Assembly: GCA_010405405.1 (NCBI GenBank)
Contig: MU004231.1
Location: forward strand, 4,204,884 to 4,268,883
Source: Microthyrium microscopicum
Taxonomy: Eukaryota
Reading direction: 5' to 3'
DNA: 64,000 nucleotides
The position numbers and the translations under genes are program-made. This document shows, piece after piece, positions 11,942-24,049 of this stretch. The notes beneath the pieces were generated by a model that saw nothing but the letters and a program-made list of their open reading frames with translations, was not told the DNA's origin and searched no databases. Numbering within the stretch: position 1 is the stretch's first letter; each line of letters begins with the position of its first letter.

Positions 11942-14466
11942 CTAAGCAGCATTCTTGCCAGTGGGTCCACCGCCATTGCGGCGACTGTCATCAATATTGA
12001 GCGATCCAAGTCCTGGGGTAAGGAAGCTGAATGGGTCATTTGGGTTTTCGTATCCGGCAGAACCACCGCCATTGGAGAATCCGCCAGGCTGGGGGCCACT
12101 TGGCTGATTAGCACCTGGACCGGCATTGCCGCCAGGTGCAGCTCCAGAGAACGCAGCTTCCGCGCGCGAGTCAAATCCGGTGGCAGGTGGAAGACCGCCA
12201 GCTGGTCCTGCAAATCCACCCATAGGGTGAGGATATGGGTTTGGTCCGGAGGGCATGCCATAGCCTGGTGGTCCGAAAGAAGCAGCACCTGGGAAACCGC
12301 CATGGTTGCTTGGAAATCCACCTGGGCCAGGCATTGGGGCTCCCATTGGGCCAGGATGTCCACCAGGTCCAGCAGACGGGTCATGTGGTCCCATACCAAA
12401 TGGAGGTGGATAAGCTGGCTGAAACTCGTTGATGGTCGGTCCATTGGATACGTGAGCACCGGAGCGAGAAGCACCGCACCGCAGACAATTTACGTTCTTG
12501 GCGAAATTGTGATACAGGCAATCTTGCTGGCCGCAGCGCCAATCACCGGGACGAAACGGGGCCGATCCACCAACACGATGGTTCGCATGGCCACCAGGTC
12601 CGTAAGAAGGCATGAATTGGGGCTGCGGGTTGTATCCGTAGCCATATCCTCCTCCCATGTTAGGGTCGCTCTGTCCACCGCCAGCTGACATTGCCGGGTA
12701 TGAGCATCGGAAGCATTGAGTACGACGTTGGAAATTGGAGAATCCGCAGGAAGGGCAAGTCCAATCACCTGGGCGAGGGCGATTCTTGGATGGCGGGAAA
12801 GGAGTCAAAACTTCAGCGGCACGGTCCAAGACGTGATGAGAAGACGGAGAGACCTCGATGGCCTTCTCACTCAGAGCACGACCGTTCATGCATAGGGATT
12901 CGGCAGCCTTGGAGTATTAGAGGGTAAAGAGCAACATGCATAGAAAATTACTTACCTCTTCATGAGAAGAAAAGATGGCAAATCCAGAGCCAGTTGGTTT
13001 GTGCTGGTCAGGAGTTCTCATTGTCCAAAACGCAATTGGACGTCCACCATATTGAGTGAACCAGCTTTCCAGTTCGGACTGAGTAGTATCGTGAGGCAGT
13101 CCACTCATGAACAGCACCTTAGACCGTTCAGCCAGGAAAGAACGAACGTCAGCTCGAGCGTCGAAAGGATGCATTAGGACGTCGGGATGATCGTGATGAG
13201 GTTGTGATTTTTGGACTAGACCTTTGAGAACACGAGCGAGAGTAATGGCCTCTTCGAGAGCGCGACGTGGCGAAGCTGGTGCTAAGGCTTGCAAATGGAA
13301 TGGAAGATTGTGTTTGATTGGTGGCGACGTTTGAAGCGGCTCAACCTCCAGAGCAGCACAAATGTTTGAGAGGCTTGAGGCTCCAAATGGAAGAGATTCT
13401 GGATGATACACCTGCCAGTGTGTGTATTCAATTTTAAGGTCAAAGAGCCTCGAGTGCTGAAGGTAGGCTGGAAGAACCACCGCTTTATCACGAGCCTCTC
13501 GCGGGAGTTGAACGCGAAGGTCCCAGTTCTCGAAAGTCACAAAGACAAACTCGCTGTTGCCCAGTTTCTCGCTGACGAATTGGTCTAACCTTGTAATAGC
13601 CTCTCTGAACGTTCCAGCGTTACGGACGTTGTCCCAGGTAAGGGTAGTCAAGGACGCTGTTTGATGTTAGCAGCTGAGTTGATGGTGGCTTTGATGGGAC
13701 AAAATCGAAACGCAAGGTCTGAAGAGAGTGTATGGAACCAATTTAAAGGAGACGATATTTGGAAAAGAAAGGTGTAAATGACAAGAGGGGGAGATATTTT
13801 GCGGTGAAGTGGGTATGAAATCATGGGTCCTCAGCAGCTCGGCAACCTGCTGTTCTAAACAGGCAAGACTATTACACCCTCTCGTATTATACACAATGGA
13901 GCTTCTCCTTTCAGAAGCGGCATACATACCGCCCGAGACGTATGGCCGCATATACCAGGTACTGCAGTATCCAGTACTAGTAGGCATCCAAGCTTCTTGC
14001 CGAGCACTGCAGGCACCCGATTGACAGATATAAAGAAAACGGGCTTTCAAAGTGCAACAGGAGCGGTATAGAGGCGGGAGGAATGGTGGACTAGCGGGAG
14101 CGTATTGTTCTTGGGAGGGGTTCGATTAGGGGCAGTACTCACTGCATAGAGGTGTGATGGGAGTATTCATCGGCTTAACAAGAACACTCTCTCGGTATTT
14201 CTGAACAGGAACATTGAGTATCAGTTACAGAGCCATATACGGGGTGGCAGGGTGTATGAAAACTTTTCGAAACTCACCTCGTCCAGCGTCTTAGCATCGA
14301 CCAAAACCCATCCAATTTCGATTACTTCGGCAGAGTCTTTCGTGACATATACCCCGTGTTCATCGCAGGTCGTGGCCACATGAATAACTAGATAGTTGTC
14401 GACATTGTTAGGAACCACCGGTACAGGAGCTCCTGGCTTGCTGGTTTGCTGTTGTGAGCTGGCCAT
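11942..14466 (-). CDS. NRP1: Nrp1/ARP-type RNA-binding protein (exonuclease-like N-domain, RRM, two RanBP2-type zinc fingers, G/P/N-rich tail); exons 14466-14278, 14200-14143, 13656-12956, 12907-11942
   Basis: 'YLVIHVATTCDEHGVYVTKDSAEVIEIGW', RRM 'SKVLFMSGLPHDTTQSELESWF..GSGFAIF', fingers 'RPGDWTCPSCGFSNFQRRTQCFRC' and 'RPGDWRCGQQDCLYHNFAKNVNCLRCG'. All three introns keep the frame. Confidence 0.88.
13819..14022 (-). ncRNA. Candidate structured intronic RNA element in NRP1 intron 2
   Basis: Long-range stem: sense GGGUGCCUGCAGUGCUCGGCAA (14018-13997) pairs with UUGCCGAGCUGCUGAGGACCC (13845-13825), including 9 perfect pairs. Internal hairpins GCGGUA-UGUA-UGCCGC, GCUUCU-GAAAGG-AGAAGC and CUGUU-UAG-AACAG. 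Folded by eye only. Confidence 0.4.
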
Positions 14467-17400
14467 GATGAGGTATTGCAGGATAATGAAGATGAAGCTG
14501 AGGATTGACCAAACTCTTCGAAGTTTCTTCCTAGCTCTTGATCTGACGGGGACCCAATCCGCCAGAGAGCTCAATTGATTTGTTGAGGTGAAGGTAGATA
14601 AAGATAACGCCGACAACGTTGTTAGGAATATGGAGTTGGACGAAAGTATGATGATAGACCTAAGTAAAGGTAGCATCGAGGACGGAAGCTTTGCAAAATT
14701 AGTCCAAGGACTCAGGACTTGGAGCTGACCTCGCACGGACGGCAGGCCAGGGGTTGTATTATTTGGGAGATGTGAGACTTCAGTCTGCGCCTCCTCGAGA
14801 ATCTCCTTGTGAGTTCGCAATTCAACGCCCACATAGGAATAGTTACCGAAAGATATCAATTGAAATAATCCAGAGTGTCTTAGCTGCTTAAAGTGAAGGA
14901 GGTAGTGACTGTGAAAAGCGTGCCAGAATTTTATCCAGGTATGTACAGACTTCATGGTTATAAAATTCGAGTTGACTACTTGTATTTATAGACAAGCAAG
15001 CAAGGCTTCCAGACGCAAAGTGTGCGGTGGATAAAACCGCTGAAAGGATTGGCGAAGAAGGCTACCAGAGTTACTTTGCAGCTGCATTGTATTCTAGCAA
15101 CCATTGGAAACTACTAAGGGACAGTAAGTACTGGTCGTGTACAATACGGATAGGAACCTAGACCGTGACAACATTGGCAACTACCGTAAATGCAACGAGA
15201 ATGAATCGGGAAGCGTTGAGATACGGGTGATTCAAGTGGAGCCCTCGTAGTGATATATTTCCTTGAAGCCACCAAGCTCGGCGTTGACCTGTTATTGGAG
15301 CCACAGGTTGATTTGACATGGCTATTGTGTCAGAATTCTTTGGCAAAGTCGTGCAGTCTGAAGTGGGAATGAAGGCTGCGTTTAAGTGGAGGCATAAGTT
15401 ATGGACTGGAAGAGTATTTAGTAAAGTTGAAAATAACTTAGTACCACCAAGAAGATATGGCTCCCCAAGATTTTGCTCAGCCGGGACACGGAGATAGCTC
15501 AATAATAGTGCATCAACTGCACCGATATTTTATGGAGGAGAGGTAGAGAAGAAAGCGGTACTCAAGGCAGCATCACATTCTCGTTCAGCGAGTATTATCA
15601 TCATCACACATCTTGAAGGTGGTTTTCCATGATACTTATTGCCTGTGGCCAAGGCATTTAGTAGATATCTCTTTCTCTGAGTGTTAGGGAGGTCAGTTGA
15701 GAGTTTATTAATGAGGTTATCTTTACAAGCTGCTGGACTCTGGCTTTCCGATCTAAAAGGCATTTCTTGGTGGCTTGAGAAGTAGCGCCTTCGATCCGTC
15801 TTTTTTCGAGTCACAATTTGTTCATATTCTTCTAAATTCTAAATAGATTCTTGCTAGTTTCTCAATCTCCAGAGTTCACTACCAATCAGAAAGTAGACAG
15901 ATTATTCTATCATTTAGTTGGATTTGGAGATGCGCTATTGTACGATCAATACCAGAATTGCATTCTTGAATCCAAACTCTGCACTGTGGTCTACCTTAGT
16001 CAGATCCAACTTATCGCACTTCATAATTTCAGATAACCCACAATGAATTTAATATTACAACAACTCAGATGCATGAACTCTGAGCCGATATCAAGATGTC
16101 ATCTCGCTAGGTCTCTCTATCAAAACCCTATCGTCTTACCAGAAAACTGGAGGGATCCATATGTATGTTGCTTCGCGCGTTACATGCCATTTGCAATCGT
16201 TGATTCTTCAATCAGATCCAAAAAACACCAGACGGTTTGACCTGCCTAAGTCATGATTGAAATACACTAAGTCATGCTTGAGAAGAAGAGAGAGCACTGG
16301 CGAGTATCAAGAGACTGAGGAAGATTGCACGCAATTCATCCCAATTACTCGGGAGAGCCACGAGCACGTTGAGGCTCTGATAACGTTTCTTTTAGGATTC
16401 CCAGCAAATCGGAAGCTGGCACGACGGTCCGTCAGACTAGAACAGGAACGAGCTATTCGAGTAGGGCCTGTGCATGCCAATTTGCGCCTGATACTGCTAT
16501 AATATCGCTTTTATTACCCAGACTAACTGGCCAATCAGCTCAATCATTGTAAAGTCAAGTTCCCTTTTCGGCCTTCCAATTCCTTGTCTCGGTACTCCTT
16601 CGCACCCATTTCCCGATGGTATACTCTAGAACTGTATTGGAGCCAGGAGCTGATCATCTAATCCGGTTTTCTAAGAAGATTTTCTTAACACGAGAAATTG
16701 TATATTCTGCTTGGAGGATGATAAGCTTCCATCACCTCGTGCTGGACTCGGCTTCAAAGCCGGTTGGACAATTTGTACCACTCCTTATGCACCTTCGCCC
16801 TTACCTTTGCATTAACCGTAAGCTATGGGTAGCACAATAAAGGCCCTATTCGCCACAACAACCGCAAGTGGACATAAAACTGTTCTGGAGATTAAATATT
16901 GGTCCTCGGCAAGTTTACGAAGTTGTACAGGCGGTAGTGTAAGGGGGGAGTGTTTACTCTAAAAACAGCCTTATGGTAAGGAGTGTGGCTTTCTCACAAT
17001 CTTGAAAATGGCTGGTGGTTTTGAAACTGTAAGACACTGGATACTAATTCCTCGAATCCGATGAGTTGTGGCTGGATGGACTTGGGTTCCTAATCTCCTC
17101 ATAATGTTCACCAAGTTCTTGAAAATTCATAATTTTCTGGTACGACCTTAACGGCCCTTTTGGATTTGTGGTTCGCTTTTGCCTTGGCCTCTTCAGCCTT
17201 CTCCGATTTATGATTTTATGCATCATGTCTGACCGCAAGGACTTTCTGAGCACAACAGCTTCTGGCACCAGCTGGCAGCATTTGAGTCCATCCATCGACT
17301 CTCATACTATTAATCAGAACAGAAATCTCACGTAACACTCACTTTCCTCTCATCTCTCATTCATCCGAGAATTTGGTTCATCTTTCAGCTTGGCGATTTC

Positions 17401-18747
17401 CCACCCCCTATTTTCCAAACACTGAACCATAACTTTCCACACCAGTTACCAAAATCCCGCCTAGCCATCAAAAACCCGACAATAAGGCTGCCAGCAAATC
17501 AGGGCCGATCGCACGAACCAATGACACCCCGTTCTCCATCAGCCTTACGCTCGTTTCAAGACTAGTAGACAAAAGGAAACAAGCCCGGGTCATCATATAC
17601 ATAGATAGCCTTAATATGTGCGGATCTCAACAACATCTATAAAACCCTCCCTCTGTGCAATACCGGACCAAGAAATTTTGTGAGGCTCTAATGCAACATC
17701 TAATAAGGACAATGTAATAAGGGCCAGTGCTAGTTCAAGGCACAGACCGCGGCATTAAGGAAGGTAATCTACCCGCTGCTTAGGTACATGATACTTTATA
17801 GAACGGTCAATTTCTCGCAATTAAATACGCTTGAGATACTTGTGACGAGGTTCATGGTTTGGTTGTGCCTTGGTAGATGGTGTTGGCACGCACGCGTTCG
17901 CACGCGACTGTCTGTCTTAACTGTCACTTGTCGCAAACAGGGCCCTCAGATAGTTGGTTTGGCCCACAGACTTACGTGTCATGCACTGTATATGTGGCTG
18001 GTGTTTCTAGTTGGCGAAATGGCGGAGAGCGTACATGACTGCAGTTTGCTGCAGTTTGTTTGATGGATTCATATCCAGTGGGATCGGTGATGGAGTGAAA
18101 ACAAGCTAGAACAAGGCCAGCAAAGTTTGATGTGAATATAAGACATATGGACCAAGACAACGGCTAAGCAAGTAACAATATGCTACATTATTTTACATAG
18201 CGAAAAAATATAAAGTGAGATGGGATTTTCCAGAAACAGAAGCAAGGGCGGCCACTAGCGCACACGTTGTTTGCCCCTAGACTACTCCTGGAAAAGCGTC
18301 CGTTACTCTGAAACGCAGTTGTTTGACCAGTTAAACGCTGGTAAGGCTGAGATGGAGTTCACTTGATATTCTGTTGGTTATGGTGATTGTGCAACAAGTC
18401 GTTTGATGATTCCTTTGATTAACAGGTAATACTTTGCCAATTGCCTGTCCCAATCTTATAGAGCTTTAAAAACCCAATGGCAATTTGATAAACTGTGATA
18501 CAAAAAGGCAAGAATAGAACTGCAACAAGGCAAGAGCAATCCACCTTAGCCCAAGATCCCTGCCAGTTCCCGCAGCTTGCAAGGCTGTGGAGCCTTGTCG
18601 TACACGTTGTGCTCCAACACTCCACAGTGTCATCCCGAACATACAGCTGCATCTAACACATACTTTTCCTATTCTGATATTTGGTGGATTGAGTCAACGA
18701 TTCTGAAAAGGCTTGGCCACAGCCTCTGCAACACATAACCTCTAGCA

Positions 18748-21700
18748 ATGGATCCAATAATGACGCACTATAACGACCCGGAGGCACAGGCTGCTCCGAC
18801 CGCTGTCACCAACGATAGGGTGCAGCAGAGCACCAAGAGTACCGACCATCGGGCCATACAAAGTTTTAACATGGATTCTCAACCACAGATCCCTGAGTAT
18901 GGTCGCTCTAGAAGACATGGAATGGAAACTTACCTTTTTCCAGTGAAACTGTTGCACAAACCGTCCAACAAAAAAATGTCCCACCACCATCTCTTGTTCT
19001 GTCAAAGCAACCAACACCATCTCTTCCAGCAATTGCCATTCTAGACACTTTTCAGAGCGAGACATCAGCGACAGATCCCAATCAGGCTGACGAAAACGCT
19101 GTTGGTACATCTAAAACCGCCCTGAACGCAGATCCAGTTCCAACCACTGACTCTGCTCCTGGTCACTCTCAGCCTCCACCAGCTCATCAGTCGCTTACAT
19201 CGTCCAGCATTATTGGTGACGAAGCAGCATCGAATAGTACACTGGTAGCGCCAAAACAGGCAGATCTGCAAATGCAGACCTCGCGACCTTATGATGCCAC
19301 CGGTTCCTGGCATTTAACTGCGCAGCATGCATCTGCGCGGCCAGGTACTGCGCGTCCAAAACACATTCCTATCACTCTCCCGGCGGATGCAGCAGCGGTC
19401 TTGGAAAGCAGACCTTCACAAAAGACATCCGGCAACCGACAGAAATCAGGGTAAGTCGTTGTCAGTTACTGTTTCATACTTTGACAGCCATATTATCACT
19501 TCTATTCTGCCCTCAGTACCTTTTTATCAATCTATTACACTCTGGCCAGCACAAGACAGTCACTCTTGGCTTGTGTAACCGTTCCGTCATACACAATCCA
19601 CTTATCCTTTCCTACATATCACCATGGCTCTCGATGTGCTAACTCACCCTCGTCACAGCTCACTCCAACGATTCTTCATGGGGTTTTTTCGACATTTTCG
19701 ATCAAAATCATCCAGCGATGCCAAAGTCAGAAGCAACGTCAACGGCAGTGCTCACCGCATCGCTAATGGCAATGCTAATGGCACTGCTAACCGCGCCGGC
19801 TATTACAACCCCTCTGCGTCGGGAGGAATTGATTGGACAAATAGACTCCCGCATGCAGTACTACAACGCATATTCTCGTTTGTCTGTCCACACTCGTCGG
19901 ATTCATCGTATGACTGCATAGAGGATGTCGACCTGGATACTTGCTTCCTGTGCGATCTGAGAGATCTCGCAAACTGCGTTCGTGTTCGAAGAACGTGGTA
20001 CGCTCCAGCCTCACAACAACTGTAAGTATTTGTCTAGGATTCGTCAAGTGGAGAGTCGAGCCTCATAAGTTCTTTGCGAGTTCTGACATGGAGGTCAATG
20101 TTCTTATGGGCTTGAAATACACTTCCTTCACAAACCTCCGAAAAGGTTACTGATGTTTTGCTAGATATCGATCGATACGGTTAGATCAGATACATTACTG
20201 TTACTTGGAAGACGAACTGAAAGAACAGCGACGGAAGAAAAACAAACGACGAACTCGGCGTAGAGACGACGACTATGTGTATAATCCAGAAACAGATGTG
20301 GCCGTAGAACGGTTGCATTTGCTGGTGGGCATCTTGCGAGACAACAGTTATCTATCTGGCCAAGTTCTATTCATCAAGCTACCATATCTGCTGCGGACTA
20401 GCGGTCACCCAGATCTGGCTCGCCTGGTGCAAAGCTGTCCTAACTTGCGCTATGTTGATCTACCAGATGAGTTTTACCGAGCAGATCTATCGACGAGTAG
20501 ACTTCGTCTTGAACTCACTCATAATTGCCGAAACCTTCGTTTCATGAAGTATTACCACGGCTCTGGTCAGAAATTTGAACAACTCAAGCACCATAATCCC
20601 TGGACAAATCTTGAGCATCTGACTCTGGATGGCATATCCGTGGACCATGGAGTATTTCGACAAGTTATATCGCGGATGAAGAATCTTAACACGCTGATTC
20701 TGACCTCAATGCCTGGCGGAAATGATGATCTCTTCTCTGTCGCATTTGGTCTGCCAGAGATCCCACCAGTACGAAATCTAGAGCTTCACGATCTTCCAGA
20801 TGTCACCATTGATGGTGTCCTGAGATACCTTCTCAACCAACCAGCTCGAGACAGACTCAGGAGCCTAACAATGGACGGCACAGGCGTCGAGATAGCAGAT
20901 CTTCACAAAGTTCTCGCCAATGCCCACAGCCTCCTATCTCTCACGGTAATCTACGAGCCAAAACAAAGTCTACCTCTAGACCCACTCCCTCCATTGGCTT
21001 CCCTAAGCCTACAAAACATGCACTTTGAAATCAAAGACAACTCCCACCAGCGAGTCCGCCATCCGCCTGGCGACAGCTACCACCGCTACCTCGCCGACTC
21101 CATCCTCGACCTCAACCTCCCCTCCCTTCGCGCCCTCTACGTCCGCGAACCACGCTTCCCCCAAGCTCTCCTCTCCCCCAACCCACCATCCGCCCGAACC
21201 TCCATCATCAGCAACCGTAACTCCGTCGTCTCCACCATCGACGCCAGCCAGCTAAACTTTGGCATCGACGCCAAAGACCACATGTCCATGGCCGCCAACC
21301 CCTTCCTCTCCGTCGCCAACTACGCCACCTTCGGCTCCCACTCCCAACCAGCCTCCGCACGTAACAGCCCCTCCCCACCAGCTCTTACATCGCCCGCCTT
21401 CCTCCAACAAGACCCGTTCGCTCGTCATGCACGCCCAACTCCTCGGCGACGTCCACTGCAGCAGCCGCTGGAAGTATTCACGAAAAGCCACGGCGATGAT
21501 CTGGGCGAGTGGTTATCACGACCACTAGATCCTAGTCCACCGCCAGGCGCAAGTCCAAGACCGATGAGCACATTTAATGCGGGGTGGGCGGCGAGTGCGA
21601 GACGGAGTGTGATTGTAGGAGATGGAGAGGGCCATTGGGCGGAGGTGCCGGATTATGAGCGCGAGGCGTCGAGACCGAGTTCACGGGCTAGTATGGCGAG

Positions 21701-21779
21701 TTTTCGGTCTGAGAATCCGACGAAGAAGAAGAGACGCAGTCGGTTTGAAGCTGCGAAGGTTGGTGATTTGTGGGGATAA
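18748..21779 (+). CDS. F-box/LRR-like domain protein; exons 18748-18896, 18944-19450, 19659-20021, 20165-21779 (a shorter form could start at ATG 19678)
   Basis: F-box-like 'RLPHAVLQRIFSFVCPH..CDLRDLANCVRVRRTWY', spliced to 'LYRSIRLDQIHYCYLE', and LRR-like 'CPNLRYVDLP'. All three introns have GT/AG ends and keep one open frame. Confidence 0.8.
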
Positions 21780-22534
21780 GGATGTGTTTGTGTTGAAAAT
21801 TTGGGTCTGTGTGTAGAGCGGCTGAGACGGGAACACTGGGTGATGTTGAAGGTTTTGTTTTGCTGTTATTTTAGATGTTGTGGTCTAATGTGTTGGTTGA
21901 AAGGGTAACTGATAATGACACTTTCTCATATGTACGGTACGGTATACTTTTCGAGATATCTTTTGGAATACTGTATGAACTTGGCTACAGTAATAGGATC
22001 AGACGTGATCCTCAGCAATTCATGGTTCTATTCGATCTTTCATGGATTACTCTTGTGACACACCCTAGCTACCTTCTATACTTGGCTACAGCGCTAGCTA
22101 AGGTCAACTGAAGTTTGACTTGCCCAAGTCGGATAGGCTTTAGACTTGTTTCCAGTGATGGAAACAACCTACCCGAAGAAACATCAGGGCCGCACCCTCG
22201 AAGCCAAATCTCAAATTCAATTACAGTTCATCACTGCCCTTCGAAACATCAAGTAATCAAAAAAAGTTTGTGAATTGATATTGCTCGGTATCTTCAATAT
22301 ATGTGTGCTTCCCTCAGCCGGAACCAAGCCGGACTGTACGATAGCGTCCTCGACTCTCGTTATCTGGCAACTTGAGGCTCAAATGTTCGTAAATAGTAGT
22401 ACCTAGTGGTAATGATACATAATAAAACAATCAACAGCAGAACTTGCTTCCATACTCCAATCCCGCGCCGTGGTGAAGCCAGTCATTAAGCTCCCTTTGC
22501 TTTTTTCCCCTCAGCCTTATCCTCAGCCTTATCA

Positions 22535-24049
22535 TCACCCAACCGGCAAATTCGACCTCCCCTTCTCAACAATCTGCCCCCTCATCAAATCCAACTCATC
22601 AACCGTAATCGGACACATCCCATCCATCTCCCCCGCCAACCTGACCATCTCCCTAACATTCCTACTCGCCCCCAACCGTTCCACCAACGTCCGTATCCCA
22701 CACGCCACATTCGGCGTCCCCCTCGCCCTCGCCCTCGCCGTATCCTCCGCACTCGGCGGCGGCTCATCCGGCACACCAAATTCCTCCTTCCGCGCTACAA
22801 TGCCAGCAGGTTTCGGCCCATTGACGTTGGCAATCTCAGACGCTTGGTCATCGAGATGGTGGAAGAGTTCGGGGTTGGCGGACCAGCATTTGAAGCCGAG
22901 ATCGCGGCAGGCTTCGAGGATACGTACGTCGTAGGCTGCTGTCCCGTGGTTTTCTTCCTCGGTGCTGAACTGTTCTAGGATTTTGCGTGCGGATTCTTTC
23001 GTCACGGCGTACGCGAATGTGCAGAGTGGTCGCAGACTTTGGTGGATTAGGCGGTGGCGCGGTGGGATGCCAAGGGGGTTGAGGAAGCGTTGGGTGTCGA
23101 TGTGTAGGCCGGTGGGGGAGGGCATGTTGGGGTCGGGATAGGTGTTGTGGAGGATGTGGGAGAGCTTGTCGGCGGGATAGAAGTCGCCGCAGTGGCCGAG
23201 GTGTAGGATTTCCCAGTACTTGGAGTCGGGCCAGAAGGCGGTTCGCTGGTAGGGGCCGGAGGAGATGGCTTTGGATTTGAGTTCGAGAGTGGAGGGCTTG
23301 GGGATGGGTGTCCAGGGTGTTGTGCGGTTGTGGTCTTTGTCTTTGACTGGACGTATGTAGCCGTTGGTGCGCATTTCGCGCTCGAGGAGATCGTGGAAGC
23401 CGCGGGCGAGGAGGGGGGCTTGTTTGGTGCGGAGGTGGATGTCCCAGTTGATGTCGTCTTCGATTATGACTGCCGTTTCGTATGGCTGGGTCATGAACCT
23501 GAAATGGTTAGTTGACATAAGAGTTTTTGGGATGGCCATTAGACTCACCATCGCAAGGCGTTTAAGTGGCCCATCCATGCTAGAGCTGAGCCTTTCTTTA
23601 TCATAGACTTATTCTTGGCTTTGAAGTTGGCCAAGTCTGCGTCTGTCCATGCTGGTTGGTCTGGAATGGAGATCTCGAGACCTGTTAGATCGGCTGATAT
23701 TGAAAGTGATGTCCGTCTGTGAGAGGTTCTAGTAGACACTGCGATGATCCGACCAAACTGTTCAAGATTAGTCTGTAGTATCTCATTATGATGTGGTGAT
23801 ACTTACGCCTAGAGTCGCATTTGCTGCCTTATTGCGCTCATCTTCGATGTTTGGATCTTGTTGCCATGCTTCCGTCGGGGACTGGATGGGTGTCTGTGAT
23901 TTTTGTGTCCAATGTGTTGCGGCTCCTGATACCGCATGGTTGTTAAGGTGATGTAGTTGAAGCCATATAAAGATCGTGAGTGTGCAGACGGAGAGAAGAA
24001 AGAGATCACGTCGACGGCATGGTATCGTTCCCATTTCTCTGACGGTCAT
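22535..24049 (-). CDS. Glycosyltransferase family 25-like type II membrane protein; introns 23806-23758 and 23548-23499
   Basis: N-terminal TM anchor, 'GSALAWMGHLNALRWF', 'AVIIEDDINWD' (DxD-like), 'WEILHLGHCG' and 'PLCTFAYAVT..ARKIL', all typical of fungal GT25 proteins. Confidence 0.8.

Noticed and set aside
13825..13836. CUGAGGA hammerhead-like core on the minus strand
   Set aside because: Not followed by stem II and GAAA.
13885..13910. ACACAATGGAGCTT resembles the RNase MRP 3' conserved region
   Set aside because: No matching upstream GAAAGUC-type P4 strand on that strand.
17044..17295. 83-aa basic ORF on the minus strand
   Set aside because: No homology or convincing gene structure.
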